NCBI RefSeq assembly: GCF_006345805.1 | Contig: NC_043000.1 | Location: 161,758,001 to 161,822,000, forward strand | Direction: 5' to 3' | DNA length: 64,000 nt | Source: Octopus sinensis | Lineage: Eukaryota | Shown here: piece after piece, positions 51,278 through 64,000 of the stretch | How positions within the stretch are numbered: position 1 is the stretch's first letter | Layout: each line of letters begins with the position of its first letter | Notes under the pieces: model-generated | What the model saw: only the letters and a program-made list of their open reading frames with translations | Database searches by the model: none | What the model was told of the DNA's origin: nothing | Position numbers and translations under genes: made by a program

Positions 51278-51610
51278 ATATCATCATCATCATTTAACGT
51301 CCGTTTTCCATGCTAGCATGTGTTGGACAGTTCAACCAGGGTCTGGGAAGCTAGGAGGCTGCACCAGGCTCCAGTTTGATCTGGCAGTGTTTCTACAGCT
51401 TGATGCCCTTCCTAACGCCAACCACTCCGTGAGTGTAGTGGGTGCTTTTTGCATGCCACCGGCACAGGTGCCAGAGGAGGCTGACAAACAGCCTCGATCG
51501 GTTGGTGCTTTTACGTGTCAGTCAAGCGATGCCTGTATCTGCCACGTTCGGATGGTGCTTTTTACGTGTCACCAGCACGGGTATCTTGACTACAATTTCC
51601 ATTTGATTTT
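51278..51610 (-). mobile_element. RTE 3'UTR fragment
   Basis: Same motif set as 32655-33000. Confidence 0.85.
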
Positions 51611-51769
51611 TATTTTGAAATATATATGTGTGTGTGTGTGTGTGTGTTCAATCAGTATATGAGACAAAGAAGCCTAGCCTTTGTGTTAGATAAGCCACAA
51701 TAAATAGATAAAGGAAGTGTTAAGTAGAAATTATCTAATAATAATAAAGATATCAATAAAAAGGTCTCA

Positions 51770-51975
51770 TAATCTTAATACTTCTCTCAAAATTTGGCAC
51801 AAGGCTAGCAATTTTAGAAGGCAGAACATCATTGATTATATCATTCCCAGTACTTGACTAGTACTTATTCTAACACCCCAAAAGGATGAAAGGCAAAGAC
51901 GTCAACCTCAGCAGAATCGGAACAGAGAATATAAAGAACCAAAAGAGATGCTATTGATCCTGCCAGCTCACTGCC
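51770..51975 (-). mobile_element. Degenerate SINE family M
   Basis: AAAGGATGAAAGGCAAAG..GTCAACCTC. Confidence 0.65.
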
Positions 51976-52115
51976 TTCTCATAATTATATTAATGATAAA
52001 CATATTGCAAAGGTACTACCAAAACCTTAGCTATGATTTGTTCACAAAGGGAAGTTTGGTTTCATTTCAAAGGAGCTAATCAAATAAAAGGCTTCAGAGA
52101 GCTGTATGGTATATA

Positions 52116-52430
52116 TCTATTATATAAAATCCGTTCTGTCTGTCTGTGTGTGTCTTCTAGGATTTCGGACATATCCTCCATCCAATTGCACTCAAATTTG
52201 ATATGTAGATACCGATGGTATCAGGGCGTGTATGAGTCTTGAAAAAAATTACAAAAATCGATTCCAGGGGAGAATGTGATCAATAAAGTCGTGGGACGTG
52301 CATTTGTACGTGCAAGTACATCAGCTGTTGTGATCGATACTACGTGTATGCGAGAAAAATGCGCAACAAAGCTGGCTGACTTGAAATAATGCCACAAAAT
52401 GGGACGGTCGGACAAGTTGTGAGAAAATTT
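52116..52430 (+). mobile_element. Possible non-autonomous Helitron-like 5' part
   Basis: TCTATTATATAAAAT..CTGTCTGTCTGT start typical of such elements; no 3' hairpin/CTAG verified. Confidence 0.35.
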
Positions 52431-52503
52431 GGTTTAAATGTTTGACAACTCAGCACCGATCATTGGACGGGTGGGGGGATCGTTTTGCTTGTGTGTGTAT
52501 ATA

Positions 52504-52597
<94 letters not shown>

Positions 52598-52604
52598 ATA
52601 CAGA

Positions 52605-52771
52605 TAGGCGCAGGAGTTGCTGTGTGGTAAGTAGCTTGCTTGCCAACCTGATGGTTCCAGGTGCAGTCCCACTGCGTGGCACCTTGGGTAAGTGGCTTCT
52701 ACTATAGCCTCGGGCTGACCAATGCCTTGTGAGTGGATTTGGTAGACGGAAACTGAAAGAAGTCCGTCGTA

Positions 52772-52824
<53 letters not shown>

Positions 52825-53028
52825 ATTTATGTGTCTGTGTTTGTCCCCCACAACATCGTTTGACAACCGATGCTGATGTGTTTACGTACCCGTAACTTAA
52901 CATTTCAGCAAAAGAAACCAATAGAATAAGTACTAGGCTTACAAAGAATAAGTCCTGGGGTCGATTTCCTTGACTAAAGGCGGTGCTCCAGCATGGCCGC
53001 AGTCAAATGACTGAAACAAGTAAGAGAT
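52605..53028 (+). mobile_element. SINE family C, full length
   Basis: Same structure as 58498. Confidence 0.9.
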
Positions 53029-53069
53029 ATACATATATACATATATAAATATATATTCTTTAAATTCCT

Positions 53070-53290
53070 TTATTTGTTTCAGTCGTTTCACTATGGCCAT
53101 ACTGGAGTACTGCTTTTAGTTGAGTAAATCAACCCCATGACTTATTCTTTGTAAGCCTAGTACTTACTCTGCCAGTATCTTTTGCCAAACCTCTAAGTTA
53201 CTGCGACGTAAACACACCAGCATCGGTTGTCAAGCCAAGCTGGAGGGGGGGGACAAAAACAGACACACAAACATATACACACACACAAAT
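53070..53290 (-). mobile_element. SINE family C, 3' half, inverted against 52605
   Basis: Reverse complement of 52840-53025. Confidence 0.85.
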
Positions 53291-53321
53291 ATATATATAT
53301 ATATATATATATACATACATA

Positions 53322-55950
53322 TAAACGAAGGCCTCTGAAACCCAGGCTGTTGCAGTAACTGGTCCTGAAGCACGATGGCATTGCTGGGATCTTTAGCACT
53401 GTACAATGTCGACCTGTTCTGGCATTGGTGTAGCTTTCAATGCCACAATTTGGCACAATTCCTTCCAGGATCTTCCAGATGTATGTTACTGCATACCTCT
53501 CCTGCCTTCATTCCAGGGAGTACAGTCTTAGCTGTTTCATCCATTCCCAGTAGCTGAGCTGTTGCAATGAGTTCATCTCCTGCTGCAGGTGTGCATCACC
53601 GCTGGGGTTCTGTATTTTCTGTGAGACTATTGTATTGTCTGCGTAGCTAAGAAGGGTTGCTATCCTGGCAGCTGATGGCATATCTGAGAGGGCCACTATG
53701 GAAAGCAGTGGTCCCAAGATAGTGGCCTGTGGAACACCACTCACTATTTGTGTTTTCGTAGAGGTGGCTCCATTGGCCACTACTGCCTGACTTCTATCTT
53801 TCAGAAAGTCATGTAACCACTCACCAAGTTTTCCAGCTATGCTGAGATCACACACTTTGTGGCATGATCCACTATGATCCACTTTATCAACAGCTTTTTC
53901 AAAGTCAAGGTATATTACGTCCACATTTGAGTTGTTAAGTAACTACCTCAACACCCAGTCATAGTGCTGTAAGAACTGGGTCAGACAGCTCCTACCTGAT
54001 CAAAAACCATGTTGGGTATCACTCAGCAAGTCGTTTTCTTCAATGAATGCAATTAGCTTCCCTCTGACTATCCGTTCCATGACATTGCTGATGTGTGAGG
54101 TCAGAAAGATAGGTTTATAATTTTTGGCATCTGCTCTGCTTCCTCCTTTATGGATTGGGCATATTATTCCCTCCTTTAGTTTGCTTGGCAGCCTGCCATT
54201 TGGAAAAAGCTCTGGAAGAGAATCTGTAGAGGTTTCGCCAGGGCACGTTTACACGCTTTGAGGAGGATTGCTGGGAAACCATCAGGACCAGCAGCTGAGA
54301 TTCTGTCCACCTCATCTACGGTTACTAGTATATCTTTTTCACTAATGTCGATGTAATCCATCGTAACTACCTTGCTGGTTATATTGTGAGGTGGTAAAGA
54401 AATCCACAGGTTCATTCACTAGCCTGTGTTCCAACGGGGTGGTTAAAGACACTTTTGAACTGGTCATTCAGTACCTCACTGATCCTCATTGGATTATCAG
54501 TGAGGGACCCATACTTTTGGAAGAGAGTCCTATTTTGCAGTGTACTGAGGCTGTTTCTTTGGCATAATGAAAGAAGGCTTTTGGGTTTGACTTAATGTTT
54601 TTTATAACCCAGGCTTCTTTGTCTGCTCACTCCTTCACATAGGATTGTTGCAGGCTTTTTGCAATCTCCCTTTTTTTAGGCGGGACCTTTCACTACTTTT
54701 GGAATTTTCGTTGAAGCGATTTGAAACCTTTGTCCATCATCTCATGAGGATTTTCCTCTCCCTTGGGATCTTGTTCCTTTTTAGGTTGGCCTTGTGTTCT
54801 GGGACATATTTCTGGCATATGGTTTGCATAACAGACATGAAATATTCTAGTTTCATGCCAATGTCTTGTGTGGAGAGACATTTCAGCCAGTCTTGTCTGA
54901 TGATCTCTGTTTGGATCGATTTCCAGTCTGCTTTGTGGAAGTTCAGATTAGAGAGATTATGGGTGCTTTATTTAGGCTGTATGTCTTGAGCTACTTTTGG
55001 TCTATACATAGACAGATTTATTATGTTGTGATCCGAAACTAATGTCAGCGTCACTTTCACATCATGAACGATGTCTATATTGTTTGTGAAGCAGAGATCC
55101 AAAATGTTATTTGCCCTAGTTGGTCCGAGTACAACTTGCTCCATGAATAGGGCATTGGTGAGATTGAGCAGGGACTCCACTTGTGCTTGCTTGCAATGAG
55201 TCATTCCTGAGAGTATGAAACCTTCAGGCCATTTGACATTGGGGAAGTTGAAATCACCCATACGAAATACGCCCATGTGGTGTCCCAGTTTTATGAGGAT
55301 TTCTTTAATTCTTGTGAGGAAATCTTCAGACTTGGCTGATATGTATTGCACATGACTATACTGTTTTGTCTTATATATGCAATTAGAGTGTCACATACTG
55401 AATTTGAGTATGACAGTAAGACCTGGGGTGTGATGTCATCACAAATGTACACAGCAACTCAACCATGACTTCTTTCCCTTCTGTCTGTTCGCAGTATGGC
55501 ATAGTTTGGTAGGTGTACTTCTGCTTCCTCTATATCAGGGCTGAGATGAGTTTCCATGTGTCCTATGCATAAGGCTCTCAGGAAAAAATTTTGCTTTTCT
55601 TGTTGTGATGCAATAGGCCCCCAATGTTTAGTAAATATATTGGCGTGACGACTGTGCAGGCAATAGGGAAGGCCGTCTCGTGTCTTTTGATTGTGGTAGT
55701 CTTGCACAGTGGTGGACAAGGTTCCTTGTTTGCATTTGATGTAGCCAGGTCAACTGCGGCACAGTCTTTTGCTCCATGCACAAAACAGACTCTTGCTCAG
55801 CTGCTTTGAAGAGCGGAAGTGGGGAAAAGGAGGAAGATATGAAAGGGAAGGAGAGAGGAAGCTGAAGGTATGAAAGAGAGAGGGGAGTAGCAGGTAACGA
55901 AGATATGAAAGGAAGCGAAAAATAGATAGGGAGGGCCACTGCAGGAAAAA
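53322..55950 (-). mobile_element. Degenerate CR1-type LINE ORF2 (APE and RT), subfamily A
   Basis: 'ETHLSPDI..YAILRTDR', 'MGDFNFPNVKW', 'SAAGPDGFPAILLK', 'DVIYLDFEKAVDKVDH', 'SGVPQATILGPLL..YADN', 'YIWKILEGIVPN'. Confidence 0.9.
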
Positions 55951-56107
55951 CATAATGTGAAAAAAACGATAGGGAAATGAAAGATGTTTCGTAACGAATT
56001 CCTTACCGTAAATTTTTCAAATAGAATGTAAACGAAGAGGTCGTTGCAAGAAAAAGTGAAATACAAAACGATAGTGATAAATGTAAAGGCTTTGTAACGA
56101 ATTCGCA

Positions 56108-56141
<34 letters not shown>

Positions 56142-56301
56142 GAAATAATGGCGAAAATTCATACATGAAATATATTGGTTCAACATCTAAAAAATTAAAA
56201 AGGATAGCACAGCATTTGTATTCTTTAAAAATAAAAAAATCAATGAATTCCACAGGCTTAAGTAATATATTGAGTTGAAAGTGGTTCTGTCTCTAAAACT
56301 A

Positions 56302-56350
<49 letters not shown>

Positions 56351-56355
<5 letters not shown>

Positions 56356-56421
56356 TAGATAAACTTAGATATGTTTCGACCAATGATTGGTCCAGGCCAT
56401 GTCTAACTTAATAGCACCACC
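56351..56421 (-). mobile_element. 70-bp CR1 subfamily B 3' stub
   Basis: Near-identical to 23873-23930; tail unit ATCTAAGTTT duplicated; abuts (TA)n. Confidence 0.85.
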
Positions 56422-57345
56422 TATGCAGAAGTACACGTACCAAAATATATCATACTGCTATCAGACAGAAGGGAAAGGAGCCATGGTGAAGTTTCTGTAC
56501 ACATTCGTGATGACCTCATACCCAAGTTCTTACTGTCACTCTCAAATTCAGCATGTGTCACTCTAACTGTATACATAAGACAAGACAATTTAGTCATATG
56601 CAATACATATCGCCATCCGGATGCTCCAAATCACATGGGCAAGATTGAAGATTGCCTCAAAAGAATTAAAGAAATCCTCATGAAATTGAAGCACCACGTG
56701 AGCGATTTCTTATTTGTGATTTCAATTTTCCCAATATCTAATGGCGCAAAGGCCTCATGCCCTCAAGAATGACTCATTGCAAACAAGCACAGATGGAGTT
56801 CCTGCTCAATCTCACGAATGCCCTATTCATGGAGCAAGTTGTACTCAGACCAACTAGGGCGAATATCATTTTGGATCGCTGCTTCACAGTTACTAGGATG
56901 GCGACAAAGTGCAGATGACTGGCCGTATGGATCCTGAGAACGTTCAGGAATCAAAGAAAGGGAAACCATGCTGGTCATCTGGAGGACATTCGTCCTCAGT
57001 ATCCTGGATTACTTCTCCCAGCTATGTACAGCCAACAGTGTAAAAGTAATTGCGGACCTTGAAGCAATTCAGCGAAGTTTCACAAAGAAGATCGCCCCAT
57101 TGCAACAGCTCAGCTACTGGGAAACGCTGAAACAGTTAAGACTGAACTCCCTGGAGCGGATGCGGGAGAGGTATGCAGTAATATTGATCTGGAAGATCCT
57201 GGAAGGAATTGTGCCAAATTTTGGCATTGAAACCTATACCAAACCGGAACGGGTCGATATTGCACTGTGCCAAAGTTCCCAGCAATGACATCGCGCTTCA
57301 GAACCAGTTACTGCAACATCCTGGGGACCTACACAAAGTGGACGT
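56422..57345 (+). mobile_element. Internally deleted CR1 subfamily A copy
   Basis: APE part matches 55060-55540 inverted, then jumps near 56890 to 'WILRTF..WRTFVLSILDYFSQL..WKILEGIVPNFG'. Confidence 0.85.
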
Positions 57346-57351
57346 CTATAT

Positions 57352-57352
57352 T

Positions 57353-57438
<86 letters not shown>

Positions 57439-57439
57439 A

Positions 57440-57519
<80 letters not shown>

Positions 57520-57520
57520 A
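57352..57520. repeat. (CA)n microsatellite
   Basis: Visible. Confidence 0.95.
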
Positions 57521-57764
57521 TTTATATAACTAGTTTATCAACTCTAAGAGAAATCCTTTATGGACAGAGCAAAATAGATAGACACAATTTAAGTGGCAAA
57601 GTCATAAATCAAGATTTCTTTGAAGTAAAACCATTTGGTTCAGTAAGAGTATACTTCAGACAAGTTTATAGCAGCTAAATTTGCAGGCTAATCCTAATGG
57701 GGTAGGGAGAGTGAAATCATAGTATAAAGCATTTACCTACAATAAAACATTCAGTCATTCATAG

Positions 57765-58112
57765 GCAAGGATTTATGGCCCTCAAGAAGCCCCAGTCTCG
57801 GCCCATTGAATTGGTTCATTTTGGAGACAAGCTTCTCAAGCACCCCTCATACTTCACTCAATGCTCTAAAGGCAGAACTACGCAAGGAATGGGCGCCGAT
57901 TCCACAAGAACAATTGTGTGCTGCGTCTGAAGCATTCGCACCTTGACTTAAGGGCTGTGATTCGAAACAGAAGGGAGTCATATAGAATAAATTTGGTAGA
58001 GTAATAATTGTTTCCCTTACGATTGCATTGCAACACTCACACCCGACAAATAACAATACTTTGCTGTGGCAAAATTGAAAAACGTTGGTTGCTTTAATTT
58101 TGGGACACCCTG
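57765..58112 (+). mobile_element. Tc1/mariner-superfamily 3' end with TIR
   Basis: 'WPSRSP.LGPL' (WPxxSPDLNP-like), 'LNALKAELRKEW'; terminus ACACCCTG|TA. Confidence 0.75.
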
Positions 58113-58497
58113 TATATCCAAACTACCTAAATCACAAAATAATTAACTAAGCAGGATTGATCAATTAGGTACTAATGACTTTTGAAGGAATGCAAAGGCC
58201 CTATATTTTAAAGAATAAAATATTGAAAGGTTCGTCTTTCTTTGGGAAAGACATAATTAACATAAGTAAGGTGGAATGATTTCAAGTGGTAGTTAAGGCT
58301 GTTTCACAACATTCTGCTTGACAAAAGCTCAATAATGAGAACCAGAATTAATTAATTAATTACAAATAATAATAATAACAACAGTCACGTAAATTTGCCT
58401 ATAAATTATAGTCATATTACTTATATCAAATATCTGAAACAAATGTTTTGCTAATAAGTTTCATAATCATGATTATTGTGTGACTGATAATTAAACA

Positions 58498-58908
58498 TAG
58501 GCGTAGGAGTGGCTGTGTGGTAAGTTGCTTGCTTACCAACCACATGGTTCCGGGTCCAGTCCCACTGCGTGGCACCTTGGGCAAGTGTCTTCTACTACAG
58601 CCTCGGGCTGACCAAAGCCTTGTGAGTGGATTTGGTAGACAGAAACAGAAAGAAGCCCGTCGTATATATGTATATATATATATATGTGTGTGTGTGTGTA
58701 TGTTTGTGTGTCTGTGTTTGTCCCCCCACAAAATCGCTTGACAACCGATGCTGGTGTGTTTACGTCCCAGTAACTTAGTGGTTCGGCAAAAGATACCGAT
58801 AGAATAAGTACTAGGCTTACAAGGAATAAGTCCTGGGGTCGATTTGCTCGACTAAAGGCGGTGCTCCAGCATGGCCACAGTCTAATGACTGGAACAAGTA
58901 AAAGAGTA
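58498..58908 (+). mobile_element. SINE family C, full length
   Basis: tRNA-like head, GGCACCTTGGGCAAGTGTCTT, CR1-type tail. Confidence 0.9.
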
Positions 58909-59384
58909 TAAATAGATTTTTTTCTCCATCATTTAGGAAGCTTATCACATCATCCTCATCGTTTTAATACCCATTTATTCATCTACACTAACTTGGATAT
59001 CTTTGTAACCAAAAATGTGTTTATTTGACACGATTCGGCATCCTTGCATCTGTAAGCCCCAATACCCAGTAACTGTCATCTGTTTATATTGCAGAATCCT
59101 TAAAAGTTTCTCCTGCTCGTATCAGTCAAAGTTTTTCATACTCAGTACCAATGCATGTTTACTTAGATGATAAAACTATTTACTATTAAAAAATGCCTCT
59201 TTGAAGAAAAGCCAATTTTCCATGATTACTATAAGACTAGTAATCAAATTAGCTTTCAGTTTAATTGAACAGATAGAGACAAATATCTTAGCAATAATAT
59301 TAATATATCTTGCATAATTTTATCCAGTATAACTGGTACTTATTTTGTAGCTAAGTAGATTTAGGCAGATGGACATAATTATCT

Positions 59385-59691
59385 GTGAAGGCACATGGCC
59401 TAGTGGTTAGAGCAGCGGACTCGCGGTCGAGGGATCGTGGGTTCGAATCTCAGACCGGGCGATGTGTGTGTTTATGAGCGAAACACCTAAGCTCCACGCG
59501 GTTCCAGCAGAAAGTAATAGCGAACTTCTGCTGACTCTTTCGCCAAAACTTTCTCTCACTCTTTCCTCCTGCATCTTGCAGCTCACCTGCGATGGACCGG
59601 CGTCCCGTCCAGGTGGAGAACCTATATGCCAAGGAAACCGGGAAACCGGCCCTTATGAGCCAGGCATGGTTCGAGAAGGAACAAAAAAAAA
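59385..59691 (+). mobile_element. SINE family V, full length, 12-bp TSD
   Basis: TSD ACATAATTATCT at 59373-59384 and 59692-59703. Confidence 0.92.
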
Positions 59692-60498
59692 ACATAATTA
59701 TCTTGATTAAGAATACAAGGAAATTTGTGTCCTGAGATATATGAAATATATGATTAGATGGATGATTGTTACAGATGAGTGTTAGTGCTTTAAAATATTT
59801 TCTTAATTTCTCTATTATTGTAATGAGCCAGTTCATGTTAACAAAGAGTAACAAGGATAAAAAAATATTTATAAAGAAAACCCTCTTGATATGACCTCGG
59901 ACATTTGTTGTTCAAATATAGCTCAAATATTTTGCATTAACGAGTATTTATACTAGATTTTTATACTGAGTTGTGGTTCCTAATTGCTAAGTAAAACTAA
60001 GCAGAAATATGCCAACTCCTGGCCTGGAGCGTAAGTTTCATATATAATGGCTAATCATCTTGTGGAATTTGGCTAAACATTAGATTACTGTATTTCCTGG
60101 CTCTTAAGATGTTTTGAGTGATAAAATGCAACCTAAAATTAGCAAGGTATATTTTGGGAAAATGGTTTTGGAGATTTATTATGAAAATATGTAATTTGGA
60201 ACAAAATAGTTGTGCATTAATGGACAAGATCACTACAAACTGTCCACAATGCTTGTCTATATTTCAACTACTTATGCAAGCTTCTCAGCAGTATTACCAA
60301 GCCCTGACTTTCTGTCCACCTCACTGATCTCCACTACGGGATCTAGACATCAGGCCATCATTGTGCACTCTATTTTCTGTGGTGAAACAATCATTATTCT
60401 TCTCTTGTAGTGTTGAGTGACAACTTCAGGTTTGTTGACGTATCAGCTTTTAAACACCTGGTAACTTGAAAAATAACACCTGGTAAACTTGAAAAGCA

Positions 60499-62049
60499 AA
60501 CGAGGGACGTGACAGGAAGGGGAGTGTCTAGCACATATGACATCATTCAGCTATCACGTGTTACCAAACTGCATTTCCCATCGAATTTACTCATGTTTTT
60601 CTTTTTACTGTGGCTTGGAGCTCATACCTGTCTATGAATTAACATCCTGGCGCCCAAGATTTCCTCACTATCATCTCTTTTCATGCAACTCTCCTTAAAT
60701 GGAAGACATAACATCCAGATGCATGATATACTGCTTAAGTAACGACATGTGGTGAATGCCATGTCATGGTAATACATAAGAACCATTACAGAGTTATCAA
60801 AGAGACAAATTATGACAGATAAGCAATTACTCGATAAAAACTTCCAAAATTTTATACAATGTGAAATTCACCATCACCACACACACACACACACACAAAC
60901 ATTTATTATGGAACAAGCATAATAAAAATCATCTAGTAAGGTTCTTCATGTCATACAAGAAACTCCTGTGTCGCTCACATTGCAACCTGGAGGAATATTG
61001 TCAGATAAAAGAAACAGAATGACAGAAAACATGATTCATATCAGAGGTCAAGGTAGATAATTTGAGACGTGTTCGCCTCTATTTGTCTGTTCCGACAAGT
61101 ACAGATGAAATAAGGGTCTTCAAAAGTGAAGAAACCTTCATCAATTGTAAAATCCTTTGATATGTGGTTTTCCAATTCACTTTTCTTTGTGTTTCTAAAA
61201 TCGTTTAGAGTACTACTTAAAGACATTTACCAACAAACGGCCCGTCATCATACGCACCAGGGTCACAATTCAGAAATAGCGCCTCAGGGTAACTCTTGCT
61301 TATAATTTTGTAATCTATTTTCTCTCAATTTGCGATTACTTCCTTGAGAGTTGGGAATTTTGAGTAACTTACCGTTGTCTATTTACAACCAGCTGGATTC
61401 GCGGATATTCATTCAATATCCGGATAGCAATAATTTTTGGTTTTCTTTTCTCCTCTACTATATTTCATGTCCCATCACAGCCATTTCAACATATTTCAAA
61501 AAGCGAATAAGAATCAAATTAACAATTTAATTCACTATGCAAAGTTCAGCTTAAAGTTTTAAGAGTGAATACAGTACATGCATAACAGCCAAAAATATTG
61601 CGCACCACGGGACGTACTAAAGAAATATCACAAAACTTTTTATGTGAGAGACAGAACATGTGGACTGAATGAATTTGACTACCCACTCCAACTGAAAGAG
61701 TGTCGTATGGCAATTGTATAAAAGAATGCATTTAAGTGTTTGTTATTGCATCTAAAAAGAGTTATGAATGGATGCAACGACAAAAATCAAAAAATTTAAT
61801 TCTAGTCATTTCGTATAAACTACAAGTAAAAATTCTAATACAAAAGCATGCAGCCCTTGTTCGTTCAGTAACAAGAGATGTACAGCATTTTGGTAGCATC
61901 TTCTCAGCAACAACTTCAAGTTGACGCATGGACTCCGAATCACAGTTAAAAGAAATGCAGTTAAATTCGGCGGGAAATGCAGTTTGGCATCACGCGTTCT
62001 TAGATGACGTCACATGTACTAGGCACTCCTTTCTACATCCGTGTCCGTT
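60499..62049. repeat. ~1.55 kb segment bounded by diverged ~150-180 bp inverted repeats
   Basis: Arms ~60521-60685 and ~61872-62029 share CCAAACTGCATTTCCC..CGAATTT and flanking blocks. Confidence 0.65.
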
Positions 62050-62882
62050 ATATATATATATATAGTTAAAATATGTCTAAGCTATGAAACAGTTATGTGG
62101 TCGCAACAATGTGCCTGCAGTAGTCCCTGCACACTAAAGACAAAACAAAAACTCGAAAGGAAATGACGTTATTTTGGTTTTGTTCCATTTTGATAACATT
62201 TCAATAGCGACAGAAAAAAGTTTAACGGTTCCTTTTGCATACATCCGCATACTACATACATATACAGTATTCACATGCATGCACATAAAGATAGGCAAGC
62301 ACACATCGTAGAAGAAACAAACCAGTTAAATCTAGATTTTGCTTTTTTATTTTTAATTCAATTAATGTTCCGTTAACTTCTGATGACAATACTGTCGGTG
62401 AAAACACTTTACAAAATAGTTTATAGCAACAGAACTAAGCAGCAACTGCCGAATTTCACGGGTATTTAATAATTTCTGTTGATAGTTTGATAGTATGAAA
62501 TTATTACATTTTGCTTCAAAAACTTTAAAACCACTTACACACAGTACCATTAGAAACATATTAATGGCCATATCCACAATATTTATTTAAAGAATTACTA
62601 TATCCTTCAGTTGGTCTTTTAATGCAAATAGAAAGATGTAATACAAAGTTTGTACAAGGTTCATAAATCTGTTTCGGAGGATGTGTAGATGCCTTATCAG
62701 AAGTCAGGGTAGATTAGTCGAGACGAAAATCATCGCGTCTTATCTACCATGACATGTGCAAATGAAATGAGATCCTTCAAGAGCAAAGAAAGCTTCATGA
62801 GTTGTAAAGTCCTTCAACTCGTGGTTTCGAATTTACGTTTCTGTTTTGTTTTTTAGCTCTTGTTTCTAAAAACTGCTGTAGA

Positions 62883-63212
62883 GTAGGCGCAGACGTGCCT
62901 ATATGGTAAGAAGTTTGCCTCAACCACATAGTCCTAGGTTTAGTCCCACTGCGTGTCACATTGAGTAGTGCCTTCTGTTACAACCTCGAGCTGACCAAAG
63001 TCTTGAGAGTGGAGTTGGTAAACGGAAACTGAAAGAATCCCATCGTCTTTGTCCGCCCCACCGTTTGACAAGCGGTGTTGGTGTGTTTATGTCCCCGTAA
63101 CTTAGCGATAGAATAAAAAAAAATATCACTGCGGTTGATTCACGTGACTAAACTCCTTCGAGGCGGTGCTCCAGCATGGTCGCAGTCTAATGAGTGAAAC
63201 AAATAAAAGATC
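62883..63212 (+). mobile_element. SINE family C, diverged and internally deleted
   Basis: Head and GGCGGTGCTCCAGCATGG tail. Confidence 0.8.
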
Positions 63213-63289
63213 AAGATAGGGTCCTACTGAAAAATGCTTATCAAGAGCAACAGAAGCCCATCACCATATAGTAGTGGGACCTTAATTCA

Positions 63290-63385
63290 TGAATAATCCT
63301 TTCTACAATAGACACAAGGCCTGAAATTTGGGTGAGGGGGATAATCGATTATATCGACCCCAGTGTTTTACTGGTACTTAATTTT
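63290..63385 (-). mobile_element. SINE family M 3' fragment (second tail type)
   Basis: CACAAGGCCTGAAATTT..ATCGACCCCAGT..CTGGTACTTAA. Confidence 0.75.
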
Positions 63386-64000
63386 TGTGTGTGTGTGTGT
63401 TAATGACTAAAATTGTTACCCAAACAGTTCTTTCCCACCCTACCTTTTACCTACAAGTGTTGAAATAAAGAATATCAAATATGATCCAACTACATCGTAT
63501 TCAGTGCGATTCAATGTGCATTTTTAAAGATGATATAGAACTTAAACCAATGTTATTTGCACTGACAATTTCCAGCCAAGATACCGAAGCAGCGTTATGT
63601 GGAGCTAATTCTTTATGCCGTTTATACCGTTTTGCGTATTTTTTAATGAGTATTTCTAAACCCATTAAAAGAGGCTTCTGTGATACTAATTCAAGACAAA
63701 CATTGAGTTGATTTGAGAAAGGCTTGTTCAATATCTTTGGTTTCTACAAGCAGCATGTATCATGACTCTAAATACTGAAAGGTCAGTTGATAATTGTAAG
63801 CCCAACCTGCTGCAAAACTGAAATATCCAAATGAGTATTTTGAAAAACTGCTCGGCTGGTCACGAATCTACCTTCATAGCAGTTTATCGATTTTCTCATG
63901 TTAATTAACAAAACAAACATCCTATCATTTAAAAATTGCATGTTTTTAAAATCCTAATTTTAGAAGATAAATTATGAGAAAGTGGTCATGACAATAATAC

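Noticed and set aside
59385-59460. tRNA-like sequences at SINE heads (also 17436, 21840, 43430)
   Set aside because: No complete cloverleaf; they continue into SINE bodies bounded by TSDs
60200-60420. Possible mariner remnant
   Set aside because: No convincing motif in any frame

Overview
AT-rich, repeat-dominated eukaryotic DNA. The SINE/LINE families and the microsatellite load look like an octopus (cephalopod) genome; this is recognition from memory, not a database result. No host gene can be named, although a few splice-signal-bounded exon candidates exist on the minus strand. The window holds: an R4/Dong-type LINE remnant; a Tx1/L1-clade chain nested in (TATC)n tracts; CR1 LINEs of two subfamilies; RTE LINEs, including a 3.4 kb copy with an intact RT ORF and PHD-like finger inserted inside a decayed Ty3/Gypsy element; a Penelope-like remnant; several minimal hammerhead-ribozyme-like motifs; Tc1/mariner remnants; three tRNA-derived SINE families; and many long microsatellites. 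Most ORFs in the track are microsatellite translations or antisense to elements. The best leads are a Tx1 element whose tail appears to recreate its own target, a SINE family carrying that same Tx1 3' end, a 70-bp fold-back enclosing a hammerhead core, and a seamless Gypsy/RTE junction.
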